Shown here one piece after another: positions 60,747 through 64,000 of a stretch of 64,000 nt of DNA. The DNA comes from Phycisphaeraceae bacterium (GTDB lineage: Bacteria > Planctomycetota > Phycisphaerae > Phycisphaerales > Phycisphaeraceae). Positions within the stretch are counted from its first letter, which is position 1, and the number at the start of each line of letters is the position of its first letter. The notes under the pieces were generated by a model. It had not been told where the DNA came from, searched no databases, and saw only the letters and a program-made list of their open reading frames with translations. The translations under genes and the position numbers were made by a program. The stretch covers positions 4,704,001 to 4,768,000 of the forward strand of contig OY771506.1 in NCBI GenBank assembly GCA_963674705.1. Direction: 5' to 3'.

Positions 60747-63344
60747 TTGTTCTATATATGTGACCCTTGGCAGGGCCGACATATTGTCGGGGTGGGAGGG
60801 AGGCTGTGGATCACTGTCGCTAACCATGACATTCAGATAAGTGCACCTTCAGGACCAATACCAACCGCTTCAGAGTCGATTCCCGTTCAGACGGGTGTGC
60901 GTCCCCATGTAGCGGGGAAGTTCCTTTACGTAGGCAGACACAAATATTGGGTGCGAGGGGTCACCTATGGGCCTTTTGCGCCAGGGCCGGATGGTTCGGA
61001 GTACGGGGATCGGCGACAAGTCGATGCAGACTTTGAACAGATGGCCGCACGGGGGATCAATACGGTTCGGCTATATACGGCGCCGCCCGATTGGCTGCTG
61101 GACGTCGCGCAGCTGCATAATCTGCGTGTGATGATCGGTGTGCCTTGGGAACAGCACATCAGTTTCCTGGATGATCGCAAGCGTATAAAAAACATTCTCA
61201 AAAAGACGCAGCAAATCGTAAGTCGCTTCAGTGAACATCCCGCGGTCTTGTGCTACACGATCGGTAATGAGATACCCGCACCTGTATGCCGATGGTACGG
61301 CCGACATAAGATCGAACGATTCCTCAAACGGATGTACATCGCTGCTAAACGGGCAGACCGTCATGGTTTGGTTACCTACGTCAACTATCCAACGACAGAA
61401 TATCTGGACCTGAACTTTCTGGATATTCAGTGTTTTAATGTTTATCTTGAATCACCCGATCTGTTACGTGCCTACCTTTCAAGGCTTCAGAACCTGGTCG
61501 GCGAGCGACCGCTTGTCATGGCGGAGCTGGGGCTTGACAGCCGGCGCAATGGCTGTGGAAAGCAGGCTGAGGTTCTGGAGTGGCAGGTGCGCGAGACATT
61601 TGCCTGTGGCTGTGCTGGGATGTTTGTCTTCGCGTGGACCGATGAATGGCATCGCGGGGGATTCGACATTGATGACTGGGATTTCGGTTTGACGACACGG
61701 GATCGCGAACCCAAGCCCGCGCTGGAAGCGGTCACGCGAGCATACCGGGATACGCCGTTCCCCATGGATTGCGATTGGCCCAAGGTCAGCGTCATTGTCT
61801 GCACTTACAACGGCTCACGAACACTGGTTCAGACACTCCAGGCCCTGAAGTCGATGTCCTATCCAAACAGCGAAATCATCGTCGTCAATGATGGATCGAC
61901 CGACTCGGTGCGAGAGCTATTGGATCCATTTGAGAGAGACCCTCTTTTCAACGTGATCCACAAGGAGAACGGTGGCCTAAGCCGTGCACGCAACACGGGT
62001 TTGTGGGCCGCGATGGGCGAGATCGTGGTGTATATCGACGACGATGCCTACCCGGGTTCTCACTGGCTTTTCTACATCGCCCATCACCTGATGACGACGG
62101 ATCATGTCGCGGTCGGTGGACCGAACATTCCGCCTTGGGGTGATGGTATGATCGGCGAAGCGGTCGCGCATTCGCCGGGTGGCCCGAATCACGTTTTGTA
62201 CAGCGACCGGGTCGCAGAGCATATTCCCGGATGCAATATGGCGTTCCGACGCGAGGCCCTGTTGGATGTCGGGGGATTCGATTCCCAGTTCCGCATCGCG
62301 GGTGACGATGTCGATTTGTGTTGGCGTCTTCAGGCCAACGGCGGGGTGATCGGGTTCCATGCCGGCGCAACGGTATTTCATCACCGGCGCTTACAGCTAC
62401 GCGGTTATCTGCGCCAACAACAGAACTACGGCAAAGCTGAAGCCATGCTGGAGCAGAAGTGGCCAGATAAATACAACAAGCTGGGGCATATCGTCTGGCA
62501 TGGACGGATCTATGGCAATGGTTTCACGCTGCCGATCTTCCTGAAACAGCAGCGAGTGTATCACGGTGTGTGGGGGACGGCCGCATATCAGAGCGCTATG
62601 CCGCGGCATCCAACTTACTTTCAGTCGATCATGCTGATGCCGGAGTGGTACCTGATCGTGGGCGGTTTGCTGCTGCTTTGCCTGCCGGGAATTTTCTGGA
62701 AGCCCATGCTGTTTCTTTTGCCATTGCTTGTGGTGGCGTTGGGAGCGCCGCTGATACAAGCGGTCTCAACCGCGTGGCGTGCGGAGTTGCGTGAAGCTCA
62801 GGGCTTACGGCACAGGATTGTCTGCCGTCTGCTGATTGCGGCACTTCACATCGCCCAACCATTGGTCAGGCTCAAGGGACGTATCACCGGCGGCTTGACG
62901 ATCTGGCAGCGGACAAAGTGGCGTTGGTGGGATTGGCCACTGCGTATCAAACGGTCTATCTGGTCTGAGCAGTGGGAAGCGTCCGATAGCAAACTGACAA
63001 AACTCGAAAAGGCGGTACGTGCCTTGGGGGCATCGTGCTTCCGGGGTCAGCCGATCGATCGCTGGGATATTGAGGTGCGTGGTGGTTTTCTGGGACACTA
63101 CCGAATCTGGATGATGATCGAAGAGCACGGGGCAGGCAAACAATTAACACGGCTGTACTGCAAGCCCAAGATGGGCGCCTACGTCCCGTTAATGATTATA
63201 ATGCTTGCTGTCGCGGGAGCCGTATCGATCGTTTCATCTTACCCGGGATTATTCCTCTTATTCGTAGGGTTGAACCTGTTGTTAATTGGACTGACATTGG
63301 GTGAATGCGGCGTTGCAGCGGCCTACTGCAAGACGGCTATCTAA
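60747..63344 (+). CDS. GH-A (GH2-like) TIM barrel + GT2 glycosyltransferase + TM fusion
   Basis: GINTVRLY, IGNE, MAELG; VSVIVCTYN, VNDGSTD, YIDDDA, GDDVD; start codon uncertain. Confidence 0.88.
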   Translation: MFYICDPWQGRHIVGVGGRLWITVANHDIQISAPSGPIPTASESIPVQTGVRPHVAGKFLYVGRHKYWVRGVTYGPFAPGPDGSEYGDRRQVDADFEQMAARGINTVRLYTAPPDWLLDVAQLHNLRVMIGVPWEQHISFLDDRKRIKNILKKTQQIVSRFSEHPAVLCYTIGNEIPAPVCRWYGRHKIERFLKRMYIAAKRADRHGLVTYVNYPTTEYLDLNFLDIQCFNVYLESPDLLRAYLSRLQNLVGERPLVMAELGLDSRRNGCGKQAEVLEWQVRETFACGCAGMFVFAWTDEWHRGGFDIDDWDFGLTTRDREPKPALEAVTRAYRDTPFPMDCDWPKVSVIVCTYNGSRTLVQTLQALKSMSYPNSEIIVVNDGSTDSVRELLDPFERDPLFNVIHKENGGLSRARNTGLWAAMGEIVVYIDDDAYPGSHWLFYIAHHLMTTDHVAVGGPNIPPWGDGMIGEAVAHSPGGPNHVLYSDRVAEHIPGCNMAFRREALLDVGGFDSQFRIAGDDVDLCWRLQANGGVIGFHAGATVFHHRRLQLRGYLRQQQNYGKAEAMLEQKWPDKYNKLGHIVWHGRIYGNGFTLPIFLKQQRVYHGVWGTAAYQSAMPRHPTYFQSIMLMPEWYLIVGGLLLLCLPGIFWKPMLFLLPLLVVALGAPLIQAVSTAWRAELREAQGLRHRIVCRLLIAALHIAQPLVRLKGRITGGLTIWQRTKWRWWDWPLRIKRSIWSEQWEASDSKLTKLEKAVRALGASCFRGQPIDRWDIEVRGGFLGHYRIWMMIEEHGAGKQLTRLYCKPKMGAYVPLMIIMLAVAGAVSIVSSYPGLFLLFVGLNLLLIGLTLGECGVAAAYCKTAI

Positions 63345-63370
63345 CAAACCTTCGGGAAGCATATAAACTG

Positions 63371-64000
63371 ATGCAGCGATCTGCCACAAGCGCCTGGTCT
63401 GTGTATCGACGCCTGATGATCGAAGCCAGACCGCAATGGCCGATGATCGGTGCGTTGCTGCTGTTGTACCTTTCCGCCATCCCATTAAAGTTGCTGACCC
63501 CCCTGCCGATCAAGATCGGCATCGACAGCGTGATCGAGCAGAAGCCGTTGCCGGGTGTGCTGGACCCGTTCGTGCCGGACTCCGTATCGGACCAGACCGG
63601 ATCGTTACTTGTATTGGCAGCGGGTCTGCTGCTGAGCATCACGCTTATCCAGTATGTACACGCGATGGGGATCTGGCTGCTGCACACCTGGGTTGGGCAA
63701 AAGCTGCTGGTCGCATTTCGTGCAAAACTCTTCCGTCATCTACAACGGCTGTCGCTGCGTTACCACGCCGACAAGGGTAGCGGCGATTCGATCTACCGGG
63801 TGTTGCAGGATGCGCCTTCGATCCAGTGGATCGCGATCGATGGGTTGATCCCTTTCATCTCAGATATGCTGATGGTGCTGGCGATGATCAGTGTGATTGC
63901 CATTCTGGATTATACGATCGCGCTGGTCGCGGTGGGCGTGGCGCCGATTCTGTTCGTGCTTGCCCGGCGAAGCAGTCGGCGGTTGCGCGACGAGTGGGAC
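63371..64000 (+). CDS. ABC exporter, N-terminal transmembrane domain (runs off the window)
   Basis: Hand translation: LLTPLPIKIGIDSV...FRAKLFRHLQRLSLRYHADKGSGDSIYRVLQD. Confidence 0.85.
   Translation, partial: MQRSATSAWSVYRRLMIEARPQWPMIGALLLLYLSAIPLKLLTPLPIKIGIDSVIEQKPLPGVLDPFVPDSVSDQTGSLLVLAAGLLLSITLIQYVHAMGIWLLHTWVGQKLLVAFRAKLFRHLQRLSLRYHADKGSGDSIYRVLQDAPSIQWIAIDGLIPFISDMLMVLAMISVIAILDYTIALVAVGVAPILFVLARRSSRRLRDEWD

Noticed and set aside
1..64000. CRISPR array, rRNA, intact tRNA
   Set aside because: No regularly spaced repeats and no intact RNA genes recognised.

Overview
Accessory-rich window from a planctomycete-like genome, judged from its many PEP-CTERM tails, dockerin-like GDxxxDGFVGLDDLDIVL motifs, DUF1559-type prepilin-like genes and a DUF1549/1553-DUF1501-PPC cassette. 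Contents in order: (1) 1-4.3 kb, a small catabolic unit (glycoside hydrolase fragment, prepilin-like protein, FAD oxidoreductase, XylR-type regulator). (2) 4.4-10.7 kb, a tightly coupled 8-gene operon behind an ECF-type promoter: radical SAM, small ORF, Ycf46-like AAA+, DUF1257-like, DUF2997-like, a catalytically dead S26-like membrane protein, TPR, PilT. (3) 11-17.6 kb, DUF1553/DUF1501/PPC/Rid. (4) 17.9-30.2 kb, a glycerophosphate locus (GlpP, HAD-GlpD fusion, LamG-GDPD, GlpT, EEP-PEP-CTERM). It is preceded by two PEP-CTERM genes that each carry a near-identical promoter + structured RNA + terminator leader, candidate GlpP targets. (5) 30.5-40.2 kb, four tandem beta-propeller PEP-CTERM paralogs (two frameshifted) and a TMTC-like GT-C. 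(6) 40.3-50 kb, a sigma54 two-component stress module (P3A H+-ATPase, HEAT, BON). (7) 50.2-60.4 kb, a decaying sialic-acid/sulfate utilisation locus with two IS3 elements. (8) 60.7-64 kb, a GH-A/GT2 fusion and an ABC exporter. Best candidates for undescribed systems are the AAA+/pseudo-peptidase/PilT operon and the duplicated GlpP-type leaders. All family calls come from motif recognition by eye; no database search was run.
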